Source: Hydrurus foetidus
Taxonomy: Eukaryota
Direction of reading: 5' to 3'
Assembly (NCBI GenBank): GCA_900617105.1
Contig: UYFQ01000852.1
Span: forward strand, 62,001-126,000
Length of the DNA: 64,000 bases
Part shown: positions 34,628 through 46,440 of the stretch, piece after piece
Numbering within the stretch: position 1 is the first letter of the stretch
Layout of the letters: each line of letters begins with the position of its first letter
Program-made: the position numbers and the translations under genes
Notes under the pieces: model-generated
The model's input: only the letters and a program-made list of their open reading frames with translations
Database searches by the model: none
Told to the model about the DNA's origin: nothing

Positions 34628-36330
34628 ATGACCATCGACCGCTTCCCGCCGGGGCCCCACGCGCCCGTCAGAACAGGCCCGACACTCGCCAATGGCTCCC
34701 GGGCGGCGGACAGCGCAAACCCTGTCCGGGTTCGGACGATGATCCAGGTCTCCGACATGAAGGCCAGCCCGGACCTGCGCGCCAGGGCGCTTGCCGATCT
34801 GATGGTGCTCGACACCGCTGAAGAGGAGGCGTTCGACGACCTGGTCTTCGTCGCGGCCAAGGCCTGCGCAGCGCCAATCGCACTGATCACGCTTCTGGAT
34901 GCCGATCGCCAGTGGTTCAAGGCGCGGTTCGGGCTCGACGTCCGTGAAACGGAGATCGAGCACTCGGTTTGCCAGATCGACATCGACCAGAGCGACTTCC
35001 TCGAGATCGAGGATCTGACGGCGGATCGCCGCACAAGGGCCAACCCTCTGGTCACCGGCGATAGACACTTCAGGGCCTATGCCGGCGCGCCCCTGGTCCT
35101 GCGCTCCGGCGTCGTGGTCGGCGCCTCTGCGTCATTGACACAGTCCCTCGCCCGGAGGGGCTGGGCGAAGGAAAAGGGAATGCTTCGAGCCCTGGCCAGG
35201 CTCGCCAGCGAAAACCTCGAGCTGCGCCGCACCGCCAAGATGAGCGATCGTATGGTGACGCTGCAGACCGCACTGGTGGAGATCGGCGACACCATTCGCA
35301 ACAGCCGGGACGCCGGGCAGATGGCCTTCGCGACTGCCGGCGTCGTCGGCCGCGTGCTGTCGGCGGATCGCGCGGGGTTTGGATCGGTCGACGCCACTGT
35401 GGAGACGATCGACGTCGAGACCGACTGGACGGCGCCGGGCGTCGCGAGCATCGCCGGCCGGCACCGCCTCGATACCTTCAGACACCTGCAAGACCCGCCC
35501 GATCCCGGAGAGCCGCTTGTCGTCTGGGACGCCCTTGGCGGCGAACGCAACCTGCATGATCTGCAAGGCGCGACGCGCATCGGCGTCCGCTCCCTTGTCG
35601 ACATGCCCGTGCGCGAGCACGGCAAGACGATCGCCATACTCTTCGTCCATTCGGCTCATCCGCGAGCCTGGCCGCCCGAAGAGATCGCTTTCCTGCGCAG
35701 CGCCGCCGACCGCCTGGAGGCGGGCGTGGCGCAACATCGCGCCGAGCAGCAGCAGCGCATCATCAACGGTGAAATCGCCCACCGTCTGAAGAACACCCTG
35801 ACGATGGTCCAGGCGATCGCAAGTCAGACCTTGAGGACGGTCGCCGACCGTGAAGCGATCTACGGTTTCGAGCGACGACTGATTGCGCTGAGCGCCGCGC
35901 ATGACGCCCTGCTGGAGACAAGCTGGACGCAGGCCGATCTCCGGACGATCGCGAACACAGTGCTCGAGACCGTCGCATTTGCGGATCGGTGCACCTTGAC
36001 GGGCCGCCCGTCGCGCTCGGACCCGGGCCGCCGTTTCCTTCTCCTGATCGTGCACGAACTTCTGACCAACGCCTTCAAATACGGGGCCCTGTCGAACGAG
36101 GACGGGGAGGTTTCGCTCACCTGGGACATCGAAAGCGCGGAAGCCGAGGATTTCCTGGTGATCCGCTGGCAGGAAGCGGCGGACCTGTCGTGATCCCGCC
36201 CTTCCGGCGCGGCTTCGGGTCAAAGCTGGTCAGTGTCGGCCTGGCCGGCACGGGCGGCGTGAACCTTCGTTACGACCCTCGGGCTTCGGCCGATCTGCGA
36301 GCGTCGCTGCGCTATCTCGCCCAGGCTTGA
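34628..36330 (+). CDS. GAF-GAF-HWE sensor histidine kinase
   Basis: GAF ITLLDADRQWFKA..RAYAGAPL; H-box EIAHRLKNTL; HELLTNAFKYGALS; IRWQE; GFGS. Confidence 0.9.
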
Positions 36331-36336
36331 GACAGG

Positions 36337-36702
36337 ATGATGTGCGACCAAACCCGTCGTCCTGGTCGTCGAAGACGAACCGCTTGTTCGCCTGTTTGCG
36401 GCGGACATGCTCGAGACGCGGGCTTCGAGGTGCTGCAGGCCCCGAACGCGACGGAGGCGATTGCAGCCCTGGAGGATCGGCTGGACGTCCGCGTCGTCTT
36501 CACGGACGTCGACATGCCCGGTGGCGTCAGCGGCATCCAACTGGCGGCGTACATCCGGTCGCGTTGGCCACCCATCCAGATCATCGTCACATCGGGCAGG
36601 CCCTGGCCCGCAGACGACCCTGTCCCTGCGAATGTCGCGTTCTTTCCGAAGCCCTATCGCCAGGAGCAGGTGCTCGACACCGTGAGACGAATGGCGGCCT
36701 AG
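36337..36702 (+). CDS. Single-domain response regulator
   Basis: VLVVEDEPL, VFTDVDMPG, IIVTSG, FFPKPY. Confidence 0.9.
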   Translation: MMCDQTRRPGRRRRTACSPVCGGHARDAGFEVLQAPNATEAIAALEDRLDVRVVFTDVDMPGGVSGIQLAAYIRSRWPPIQIIVTSGRPWPADDPVPANVAFFPKPYRQEQVLDTVRRMAA

Positions 36703-36948
36703 CGTCCCGTCCTGACGCCGTCGGGCCTCTACACCTTTGTCGGCGCACAGAGGTCGCCCCAGGCCAGGTCTGCGCAGGTCCAGCGCTGCCGGGCGGCGTG
36801 GTGAGACGGCTCCGCCACGGGTTTTCCGCTTCGTACGCGAGCACACCCTTGGCGTTCAGGCTCTCATTGCCGGCGGCCGGGCCTTCACCTTCAACCCCGC
36901 AGAGATGCGCCAGGGTCGGCCTCGCCGCCCCAAAGCAGGAGACGCGAT

Positions 36949-37216
36949 ATGACAGCTGATGTCCTGATGTACACCACGAGCTGGTGCCCGTTCTGCAGCC
37001 GGGCGAAGGCGCTCCTGAAAGAGAAGGGGTGCAATGGACAGAGCTTGATATCGAGGCGGATCCGGTTCACCGGCAGGCGATGACGGAAGCGTCGGGACGG
37101 ACGTCCGTCCCCAGATCTTCATCAACGGCACGCTTGTCGGCGGCTCCGAGGAGCTGTTCGCCCTCGACGTCAGAGGCGAGCTTGACCAGCTTCTGGCGTA
37201 CCCGTCCACGACCTGA
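36949..37216 (+). CDS. grxC: Glutaredoxin 3
   Basis: MYTTSWCPFCSRAKALL, TSVPQIFING..VGG. Confidence 0.9.
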
Positions 37217-37274
37217 CGCCCCCTGGCGCGGGTCGCCCGGCCCGTGCCGCTTTTTGAACACGAGAGGAGAACCC

Positions 37275-37555
37275 ATTGGTTTCAGCAATCTGGGAAGACA
37301 CCACCATCGCAACGAGCGGCTACACAGTCGTGGTCGAGGGAAACCACTACTTCCGCCTGCGTCGGTCGATTTTCGCCTGCTCGAGATGAGCCCGCATACG
37401 ACCGTCTGTCCCATCAAGGGGCCGCGAGCTACTACCATGTTCGCGTGGGCAAGCTGCTCAACCAGAATGCGGCCTGGACCTATCCTGAGCCCAATCCGGG
37501 CTCCGAGCATATCCGGGATCACGTCGCGTTCTGGAAGGGCGTCGAGGTTGGCTGA
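37275..37555 (+). CDS. DUF427 domain protein
   Basis: VVEGNHYFPP, TVCPIKG.ASYY, AAWTYPEP, VAFWKGV. Confidence 0.85.
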
Positions 37556-37670
37556 CAGGCCCGCCGGGAGGCGGATTCACTGACGCCTCCAACCTCCGGG
37601 TCCGGGCCGGCTGTAGACCCGGACCTTCGGCTGGCGGTGTGGCGCTCACGCGTCAACGGGATCGATACGG

Positions 37671-37946
37671 ATGGATGAGACGGAGCATGTCGAGTTCGAC
37701 GCCGCCTTCGCGAAGATTGCAGAGGGATACGGCGAAGGCGTCTACGAAGGCCGACGTTACGGTGTGACAGTCCGGCGATCCGGCGACGGGCGGCGCAACA
37801 GTCTGTTCGCCCGCGAGCTGGCCGGAACCGACATCGTCAGCTTCAACCTCTACCGGACGGCCTCGGATCGAGCGCTGCTGAAGCCCTGCGAGATGTCCTC
37901 TGAAAAGGTCGTGGCGTTTGTGCGGAGTTCAGACCGAACCCTGACG
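37671..37946 (+). CDS. Small hypothetical protein
   Basis: MDETEHVEFDAAFAKIAEGYGEGVYEGRRYGVT...DIVSFNLYR...LLKPCEMSSEKV. Confidence 0.6.
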
Positions 37947-37995
37947 GCGGGTGGAGCGCCTCGCGGTCGCCTTGGACTTCCTCATGTGCCTCGGG

Positions 37996-38027
37996 GTATC
38001 AAACAATACTCTCCGGCCATTGACTTC
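37996..38027 (+). promoter_or_regulatory. LysR/OxyR-like box (copy 4, one base short) upstream of dps
   Basis: GTAT-CAAACA-ATAC-TCTCCGG-CCAT-TGACTTC. Confidence 0.45.
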
Positions 38028-38112
38028 GCCGGGGATAAACTCATCGTTCATCGGTCGCGCTCCTTGGGGAAGCGGCGGCGGCTCCTGTGAGCCATGATCG
38101 AAAGTCCAGGCC

Positions 38113-38608
38113 ATGACAACCATCAGCGCCGCGCCTCTCCAGTTGTCGGATCTTGAGGAAGGCGCGGCGATGACGGTCGCTGACGCCCTGAAGATCATCC
38201 TGGCGGACAGCTATGCGATCTACCTGAAGACCAAGCATTTCCACTGGCATGTCTCCGGCCCTATTTCAGGGACTATCACCTGCTCCTCGACGAGCAGGCC
38301 GCGGAGATTTTGGCCGCCACCGACGCGATCGCCGAGCGGCGCGCAAGACGGGCAACACCACCATTCGATCGATCGGCGACATCGCGCGCCACCAGACCAT
38401 CAAGGACAACGATGCGGAGTTCGTGTCGCCGCAGGATATGCTGGCGGAGCTCCGCGCCGACAATCTCCACATGGTCGAGTCGTTCCGGCGCGCCAAGGAC
38501 GTCGCGGACAAGGCGAGAGACAATGCGACGTCCGGCCTCATCGACACCTGGACGGACGAAGCGGAGCGCCGTGCCTGGTTTCTGTTCGAGATCAGCCGAC
38601 AGGGCTAG
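38113..38608 (+). CDS. dps: Dps DNA-protection/ferritin-like protein
   Basis: YLKTKHFHWHVSGP, HLLLDEQA, DAIAER, DEAERRAWFL. Confidence 0.93.
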
Positions 38609-38647
38609 CCGGACAAACCTGCGTCATCCAGACGTCGGAGGGAGGCG

Positions 38648-39160
38648 ATGATGGCCAAGGCCGGGCTTGGAGGGGATGCCACTGGTGCACGGAAGGGTGT
38701 TCCAGGCGTTGCGCGGCGTCGCCCAGGTCGAACAGGGCTTTGTCCAGTCGGACGCGCCTGCGGACGTCTGGTCGAAGGGGTGATCGTCACCTTCGATCCC
38801 TCGGTCATTCCGTTGGCGACCCTGTGCGAGGTGCACCTCAGAACCCATTCGGCCACCCGGGCGCGCTCTCGCCGCGCAGCAAGTATCGCAGCGCGATCTA
38901 CATCTTCGAGACAGCCAGCGACCGGAAGCCGAACAGGCGATCATCGGCTTGGGGACGCGTCCGGTAAACCGGTGCACACCCTGGTCCTTCCCTTCAAGGG
39001 TTCAAACCTCTGACGAGCGCTACTGAACTACTATCGCACCGACCCGAGCTGACCCTTCTGCCGGCGCTACATCGATCCCAAGCTGGATCTCTCATCCGAC
39101 GACACTTTTCAGAGGTGGCGCTCCAGGACGCGGATCCGATCGCCATGCAGACCCTCAACA
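38648..39160 (+). CDS. msrA: MsrA-like protein (copy 3, GCHWC variant)
   Basis: GGGCHWCTE.VFQALRGV..VEQGF, VIVTFDP, KYRSAIY, PFCRRYIDPKL. Confidence 0.8.
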
Positions 39161-39242
39161 GTCGTGGGCCACAGGTCCAGGGCGGCGCTGCGACGGCGCC
39201 GACAGTTCTCTTTGCTTTAAATCATCAACCAAGGAAATCGAG

Positions 39243-40214
39243 ATGACCGCTTCAGGACGCTCCACCCACTCCCCTCGCTCGCGCTTTGGGCCTGCTCTCC
39301 TCTCCGCCGCCCTGGCCGGTCCGACGCCCGTCTCGGCCCAGCAGGTCGTTTCTGCAGGGCCGACGTCACCGCCTGCGCATCGGCGCCGTACCGTCTTCGC
39401 CCTCTCTGACGGGTCGGTGCCCATGGATCTTCACGCGCTTCTTCAGCATAGGACGCCGGCTCAGACGGACGCTCTTCAAGCTCAATTTCCAGACCAATCC
39501 GGTCGAGGCGTCGATCAACGCCTATCTCATCCAGCTGCCGGGCAAACTGGTGCTGATCGACACGGCTCAGGCGAGCTGTTCGGCCCCGGCGCCGGAGGCG
39601 GTCTGATCGCGAGTCCCAGCGCGCCGGCTTCGAGCCGGGACAGGTCACCGACATCCTGATCACCCACGTCCACTCCGACCACGCGGGCGGGTTGGTCCGG
39701 GGCGGCCAGAGGGTCTTCGAGAACGCCACCGTCCACGTCGGCAAGCCTGATCTGGACTTCTTCTTCGATGCGACGGCCCAGCAGCGGACGGGATACGACA
39801 AGGCGTATTTCGACGGCGCGCCACCATGCTGAAGCCCTATCTCGACGCGGACCGCGTCAGCTCCATCATCGCCGACGGCGAGGTCCTTCCCGGAATATTT
39901 TCCAGTCTGCATGCGGGCCACACGCCGGGCAGCGCCTTCTTCACCCTGCGGGACGGCGGCGAGGCGCTCATTTTCGTGGGGACCTCGTCCACTCCACGGC
40001 GGTGCAGTTCCCAGATCCCACGGTGACCATCGCCTATGACCTGGACCAGCCGACGGCCGCGAGTGTCAGGCCGAGGCGTTCATGCCTTCGCGCGGGACGG
40101 GTCTTGATCGCCGTGCCGCACGCGGACTTCCCCGAGTCGGCCACGTCCGTCGAGGCGACGGCTGCACGCCTGGGTGCCGCTCAGCTACACCATCGCCAGC
40201 CTGCTGAGCAGTAG
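39243..40214 (+). CDS. MBL-fold metallo-hydrolase with probable signal peptide
   Basis: ILITHVHSDHAGGL, GHTPGS, GDLVH, H.DFP. Confidence 0.88.
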
Positions 40215-40259
40215 GCCTCGCCTTCTGCCTCCCTTCTCACCGGCTCAAGGAGGTTCCTG

Positions 40260-41009
40260 GTGACCTACTGCCTCGGCATTCTCCTCGAAGACGGCCTGGT
40301 GCTCGCTTCTGACTCCCGGTCGAACGCCGGGTTCGACCAGATCGTCGAGTCGGCAAGCTCAACCTGATGCCGCCTGCGCCGGACCGGTTCGTCGCCATCC
40401 AGTCGGCCGGAAACCTGGCCACGACCCAGGCGGTCATCACGGCGCTGTGTGAGGCGTTCGGCGGCGGCGACCCGCGGTGGACATCAAGGCCTGTCGCACG
40501 ATGTTTGAGGTGGCGCGGATCGTTGGCGAGCAGCTGCGGGTGGCGATCGCCCATGACAGGGTCTTCGTAACGTCTTTCGTCGGGCCCGGGGGCCACCTGC
40601 TGGTCTCGGGCCAGATCCTTCAACCAACCACCGCGCCTCTTCCAGATTTATTCGGCGGGAACTTCGTGGAAGCGACCGGCCGGGCGCCCTTTCTGCAGAT
40701 CGGAGACCAAATACGGCAAACCGATCCTCGACCGCGCACTCACCGGGTCATGCACCCTGGACGAGGCGGCCGAACTCGCGATGCTGTCGTTCGACGCCAC
40801 GATCCGCAGCAACCTTTCCGTGGGCCTCCCCCTCGACGTACTGCTCTACCGGGCGGACGGTTTCTCCGGCGTGGCTCGTCACGGTCAGGTCCGACGACCC
40901 TACTGGATCGCGCTTCGAGGCCTACGGCAAAGACGCTGGAACGCCTGATCGACAGTCTGGAGCCCCGCCCAGGAGTTGGCAGCCGCCCGGCGTCGGCGAC
41001 ATGGATTGA
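40260..41009 (+). CDS. Proteasome-type Ntn peptidase (Anbu family)
   Basis: GTG start MTYCLGILLEDGLVLASDSRSNAG, SAGNLATTQAV, FLQIGE.KYGKPILDR, TIRSNLSVGLPLD. Confidence 0.88.
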
Positions 41010-41174
41010 ACGACGACGCGCCCGGTGTTTCGTCATTCCGGACCTGGAGGCACGCCTCCGGCCGAGCCGCTCAACTGTATCAACCGTGGTCCCAGCCCGG
41101 AAAGGCCTTCGGGCGAACCCCGGCTTGGGTCATAAGCAGGCCGTGACCCGGCTTGACGATCTCAGGAGTTCAGG

Positions 41175-41359
41175 ATGTCGAACCCAGGCCCTCCAACGCC
41201 GTCACCGCTCGACGCCGCGACCGAGATCTCTCCGCGCCGATCCGCCGCCTCCTCGACCGGGCGGCGGCCCGAAGCGACAGCTCAACCTGGTCTTCTGGCG
41301 TTGACCGTGTTGTTCCTGGTCACCCTGTCGTCGCGTTCGGGCTCTCGATGTCGAAGTGA
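41175..41359 (+). CDS. Possible small membrane protein
   Basis: AGGAG RBS and ATG; stitched C-terminal hydrophobic stretch ALTVLFLVTL..AFGLSMSK. Confidence 0.3.
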
Positions 41360-41465
41360 CCGGACGGCCGAATGGCCGTCGCGCCTGAGTTCGGCCTGTT
41401 TCCGGGAACGGTGTCGACGAGACGTGCGCGCCTGGCCCCTCGGATGCGGTGGGAAGATCCGTCGG

Positions 41466-41852
41466 TCAGGCCGGTATGCGTGCAATCACCTTGATCTCGA
41501 AGTCGAAGCCCGCCAGCCAGTTGACGCCTAGGGCTGTCACGTTGTGCGGCGGGGACTGGTCAGGACTCGCGGTTGATCGCCCAGACCGTTCGAACTGATT
41601 TCGGGATCGGTGTGGAACGTCGTCAGGTCCACGATATCTCCGAAACCGCAGCCGGCTGCGGCGAGGTGGCCCCAAAAGGTTGGCGAAGGCAAAGTTCCAC
41701 CTGTTTGGCGAAGTCGGGCTCTGGAGAGCCGTCCTCACGCGCCCGACCATGCCGGATACAAGAGGAGATCTCCGGAGCGGATCGCCGCGGCGTAGCCATG
41801 CTCCGGAACAGGGCATGGGGGCGGGCGGGTAGAGAGCTTCACGTTGTGACAT
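41466..41852 (-). CDS. RidA/YjgF family protein
   Basis: GYAAAIRSGDLLLVSGMVG, DIVDLTTFH, TALGVNWLAGFDFEIKVIARIP. Confidence 0.88.
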   Translation of the reverse strand: MSQREALYPPAPMPCSGAWLRRGDPLRRSPLVSGMVGRVRTALQSPTSPNRWNFAFANLLGPPRRSRLRFRRYRGPDDVPHRSRNQFERSGRSTASPDQSPPHNVTALGVNWLAGFDFEIKVIARIPA

Positions 41853-41934
41853 CAATGGACTCCTTGTTTGACACCGATGAGCGGCAGGCCGCGGATGGCC
41901 ACCGCGTGTGAGTGGCGTTCGGGCCGCTTCGCGG

Positions 41935-42227
41935 TCATGCGCCGCTCCGCCCTCGGTCATAAACGCCCGGGATTTCGCGCCCGCGAAGCGATGCGCGCCA
42001 CGGTCTGGTAGGCCTCGCTGTGGTACCACGCCCGGGCGGCCTGCATGTCGGGAAAGCGGAGGATGACGGCGGCCCGACAGCGTGGCCTTCGAGCGTCTCG
42101 ATTGCGCCGTAGGTCGCCAGAAACTCGACCTGATGGCCATCAAGGTGTTTCCAGCGGCTTGCGAATACAGGGCGAGTTCGGCCGCGTCCGTCGTCTCGTC
42201 GCGCGTGAACACGATATAGGCGGTCAT
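41935..42227 (-). CDS. DUF1330 domain protein
   Basis: MTAYIVFTRD, VILRFPDMQAARAWYHSEAYQ. Confidence 0.85.
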
Positions 42228-42273
42228 AGTCCTGCTCCTGTCGGACGGCGGGAGCCAGCCCGCCTGCGCCGGG

Positions 42274-42710
42274 TCACGCGGGGAGCTCGAAGCCGATGGC
42301 CGTCAGGGGCCGCCACGCAGGCGTCCTGGTCCTGCTGGTAGGTGCCGCCCGAGATGCCGATGCCGCCGATCAGCTTGCCGTCTTCCAGGATCGGATAGCC
42401 GCCACCGACAGCGACCATGCGCGGACGATAGGCGAGCGGGGCGACCTTCGGATCGTTGGACACATAATCGTTCCAGACGTGGGTCGGATAGCCGAAGGAC
42501 GCCGAGCTCAAACCTTGTCGACGGCGGCATCGACGGTGAGGAAGGGGCGTCATCGGTGCGTTCGAAGGCGCGCAGATAGCCTGTGGCGTCCACGACGGCG
42601 ACCGCGGCGGGAATGCCGATCGCCTTCGCCGCTGCAAGGGCAGCGGCGATGAGGGCCGTGGCGGACTTCACGCGGTTGATGGAGGCCGTGGCGATGGACT
42701 TGCGGGTCAT
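42274..42710 (-). CDS. GlcG/HbpS heme-binding family protein
   Basis: AVAVVDATGYLRAFER.D, VGGGYPILEDGKLIGGIGISGG..QQDQ. Confidence 0.88.
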
Positions 42711-42784
42711 GGAGGCTCCTTCGCCCATGCAGGATGCACGGCATGATGGCGGTTGAACTCGGGCACGCGGAGACTGGTGGGCGG

Positions 42785-43800
42785 TCAGAACCTTCGGGAC
42801 GACCTTGCCTCGAGTGGCTCCGCTTTCGAGCGAGGTGTGCGCCCGCTTCAGGTTAGCCGCGTTGATAGGCGACAGCCGCTCGGTCAGCGTGGTGCGGATC
42901 TTTCCCTCATCAACCAGGTCGGCGACGGCGTTCAGGATCTGGCCCTGCTCGTCCATGTCCGGCGTCTGGTAGATGGAGCGGGTGAACATCAGCTCGTGAT
43001 GGATCGACACAGCCTTGCGCTTGAAGGCCATGATCTCGAAGGTTTGGGATCATCGATGAAGGCGAAGCGGCCCTGGGGCGCGATCAGTTCGGCGACGTCG
43101 CCGGCGTGCTGCTCGGTGTGCGTGGTCGAGAAGACGAAGGCCGGCGCGCCGATCCCGAGGTCGGCAATCTGCGGCGCGAGAGGCTTCGAATGGTCGATCA
43201 CGTGATGGGCTCCGAGCCCACGAACCCAGTCCTGGGTCTCCGGCGCGACGCGGTCGCTATCACGGTCAGGTCGGTCCGCTGGCGGGCGATCTGGACGGCG
43301 ATGGAGCCGACCCCGCCTGCGCCGCCGATGATAAGAACAGCGACGCCGCGCCGGAAACGGCCTTGGTCACGTTCAGCCGGTCGAACAGGGCCTCCCAGGC
43401 CGCTGCCGTGAGCGGGGAGCGCCGCCGCCCGGCCCAATCCAGCGACGCGGGCTTACGACCGACGATGCGTTCGTCGACGAGATGCAACTCGGCGTTCGTG
43501 CCCGGGCGAATGATCGAGCCCGCGTAGAAGACTTCGTCGCCCGCCTGAAGAGCGTCGCGTCCGGCCCGGCGGCGACGACGACGCCCGAGGCGTCCCATCC
43601 CAGAACCTTTCCAGTCGTCGCCTTCAGGCGCCGAGCTGCTGCGGACCTGTAGTCGATAGGGTTGACCGACACGGCCCGCACCTGACCAGCAGGTCGCGCC
43701 CGTCGGCACGGGATCAGGAAGATCGATGTCGACGAACGACGCATCAGCCGTGATCGGGCCCGGCGTCCTGTATCCGATGGCTTGGCGAGGGTTCCAAAAC
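42785..43800 (-). CDS. Zinc-type alcohol dehydrogenase/quinone reductase-like
   Basis: [47 protein letters not shown]; start codon uncertain. Confidence 0.88.
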
Positions 43801-43985
43801 TGGTTCGAGGGGACGCTTCGATCTCTTCACCGAGCGCATCGGCCGAATCTTTTAATCGAGGCTGAGATGACGCCACCGAGAAAAGGCTCATTCAGACAAG
43901 ACTCTCTCCAACCTTGACAGAACTCGACGCCAGCCTCGCTGCGGCTTATCTTGCCAAGCTGTCTCCGAGACTATCGCAGTGCGTC

Positions 43986-44022
43986 CGATTTATCCAATAC
44001 GCTATGCGTATAGTTTCCATAG
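43986..44022 (-). promoter_or_regulatory. LysR/OxyR-like box (copy 5) upstream of the dehydrogenase-glcG-DUF1330-ridA run
   Basis: Minus strand CTAT-GGAAACT-ATAC-GCATAGC-GTAT-TGGATAA-ATCG then CTGCGATAGT; nearly the same as copy 1. Confidence 0.78.
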
Positions 44023-44122
44023 CGCCGAGGTGCTTCCCGGCCGAAGTGAGATCGCGAGCAACACTGTGGTGGTCGGCGCGTTCAGCCGACGCAGCACAGG
44101 CTGCGCTTTCCAGGGCCAACAC

Positions 44123-44482
44123 ATGCAACGGGGTTTTCTGAGTCTGGCCCTTTCGCTGCGAGCCTGTTGTCTTCCGCCATACTGGTCGCGCCGGAACGAG
44201 CCGACGCGGCTAGTTTCGACTGCGCCCGGGCGCGAACCGCCAGCGAAAGCGCGATCTGCGGCAACCGGGCGCTCGAGGATCGCGACGTCAAGATGGCGAC
44301 CCTGTATTCGGTCGTGCGCCAGTTTCAGGGCGGCATGGCGCACTGGGCGCGATGCGCGATCGCCAGAGCGAATGGCTGGGCGAACGCGAACTCCCGGGGC
44401 CAACGTCGCCTGCATCCGCCGATCCTATGACGTTCGGATTGCTGAGCTGGAACGCGGAGTTACGGCCGCGGCCGGGCGATGA
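44123..44482 (+). CDS. LprI-like (lysozyme inhibitor family) secreted protein
   Basis: Signal-like N-terminus; AASFDCARARTASESAICGN...Q.EWL..R...CIRRSYDVRIAEL. Confidence 0.75.
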   Translation: MQRGFLSLALSLRACCLPPYWSRRNEPTRLVSTAPGREPPAKARSAATGRSRIATSRWRPCIRSCASFRAAWRTGRDARSPERMAGRTRTPGANVACIRRSYDVRIAELERGVTAAAGR

Positions 44483-44584
44483 CAGGGCCGGGTCCGGCGT
44501 CGTCCTGTCCGACACCCGGTCCGAGGCTTCGGCGCGGATAACGCTCAGGGCTTGGCGCGAAGACGCGCCTCGAGCAGGTCGATG

Positions 44585-46163
44585 TCACGGATCATTCTGG
44601 AGTGGCCTCGCCGTTCACCTCGCTCTGCGCGCCGCCCGGAAGATCTCGGCCCGTTCGGCTTGAGCCCGGCCAGCCTCAACCGGCTTTCGATCCTCGCCGT
44701 GTTCATGATCGCCTCCGTCTCGATGGATTGAAGCCGGCCGTCGATGCGCCGACGGTAGTGATCCATGATCCGGCCGAGGCGTCGGTGTAGAGGTCGGCGT
44801 CCGCCTGCTCTTCCGCAAGTCGGTGCTGCTCGGCTTCGATGGCCTGGATGGCGGCCTCGGAGGCGGCGGTGCGGACGCTCTGGATCTGCGCGTCGTGGGA
44901 CGGCTCCGGCGGCAGTTCCAGATGTTCGAGCAGGCGGGGAGACTGATGGTGGCGACGATCATCGAGACGATGATGACCCCGCGGCGAGGAAGATGGCTAG
45001 GTCCCGTGCGGGGAAGGCCGTTCCGTCGAGCAGGTCAGCGGGCAGGGTCAGGACGCCGGCCAGGGTGATGGCGCCGCGCACGCCGGCGAACGACATGGCC
45101 GCGACGAGGCGCAGTCCCACACGCTGCGGGCGCTTCGGCGCGGCGTCTGAACCAGGTCAGTTTCAGCGACGTCCAGACCCAGGCGAAACGCAGGACGCCG
45201 AGGGCCAGGCTGATGGCCAGGACGTAGACGCCCAGCCACCACACCTCGACATGGCCGGTCATGCGCACCGTCTCGTGAGCCTGGGCGATAATGCCGGGCA
45301 GCTGCTCGCCCAGAAGCACGAAGATGACGCCATTGGCGGCGAACTGACGACATCCCACACCGCCGTGCGCTGCACGCGGGTCGCGGCGAGCGCCTGCCCG
45401 CCCTGCTCCGTGAACCCCATGGTCACGCCTGCCGCGACGGCGGCGAGGGGATGCCGGAGCAGTGCAGTTCCTCCGCCAGGAGGTAGGCGCTCGAATGGGA
45501 CTGTGAAGACTGACGAGGATCTGGGCGCTCGTGTCCTCACCGAGCTGGGTTGCGAGCCATGTCTTTCCTTTGGAGATCAGCCAGGTCAGGGCGATCCCGA
45601 TCGCGACGCCGCCGAGGGCGACCCAGAGGAAAGACCCTGATCGCCTGTTGAAGCGAGAAGGATCCGGTCAGCATCGCTGCGACCGCGAAACGCATGCAGA
45701 CCAGACCGGACGCGTCGTTGAGCAGGACTCGCCCTCGCGATGTGCATCATCCGCTTGGGAATCCGGCGGCCTCGCGCGGCGATCGCGGAACGGCGATCGT
45801 GATCCGTCGGCGAGACCACCGCCGCGAGGGCGAACGCGACCGGCAGCGGCATGGCGGGATCAGCCAGTGGATGAAAAGCCCCACGCCGAGCACGGTCAGG
45901 ATGACCAGGCCGAGGGCCAGCTCGATGATGGTGCTGCGATCGCGCAGCAGGTCGTCCTTTGGGATGCGCCACCGTCGAGGAACAGGAGAGGCGGCAGGAA
46001 GAGGACGAAGAATATCTCGGGATCGACGGTGGGCGCCATCGAGAGCGCCACCGCGACGCCCAGCACGATCTGCACCAGGGCAGGGCGCGCGGGTCAGACG
46101 CGCGAGCTTGCCGCTGACGACGACCGCCAGAAGCAGGAAGAGAATAGTGCCGACCGGTTCCAT
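44585..46163 (-). CDS. Na+/H+ antiporter (CPA1, YjcE-like)
   Basis: FLPPLLF.D, AAVVSPTD, ESLLNDASGLV, AGVRGAITLAG, IRDIDLLEARL. Confidence 0.9.
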
Positions 46164-46440
46164 GCTCCTGCCTGGGACGCCGGCCGCCAGGAGCCAGCGA
46201 TCTGACCGCCGGGCTTGAGTTTTCGACCTTTACCTGCCGGATCGACCGGCGCTTCGGTCTATCGCTCGGCCGCCGCCGGCCCCATCGCCGCCGCGGCTGC
46301 AACCGCAGTGACGAGGGTCTCGACGTAGCGCCTGTCGGTTCGCCCCCATGGCGGAGGCGCATCGAAACGCACAGTTGGCCTTGTGGGTCGCACAAAATGC
46401 AGCGCGTATTGCGGGACCACTCGAAGGTCGCCGCTACCCC

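Noticed and set aside
46395..46410. AAATGC-AGCGC-GTATT upstream of cysS as a sixth MarR operator
   Set aside because: Several mismatches to the 7-5-7 consensus; too weak to call without a scored matrix
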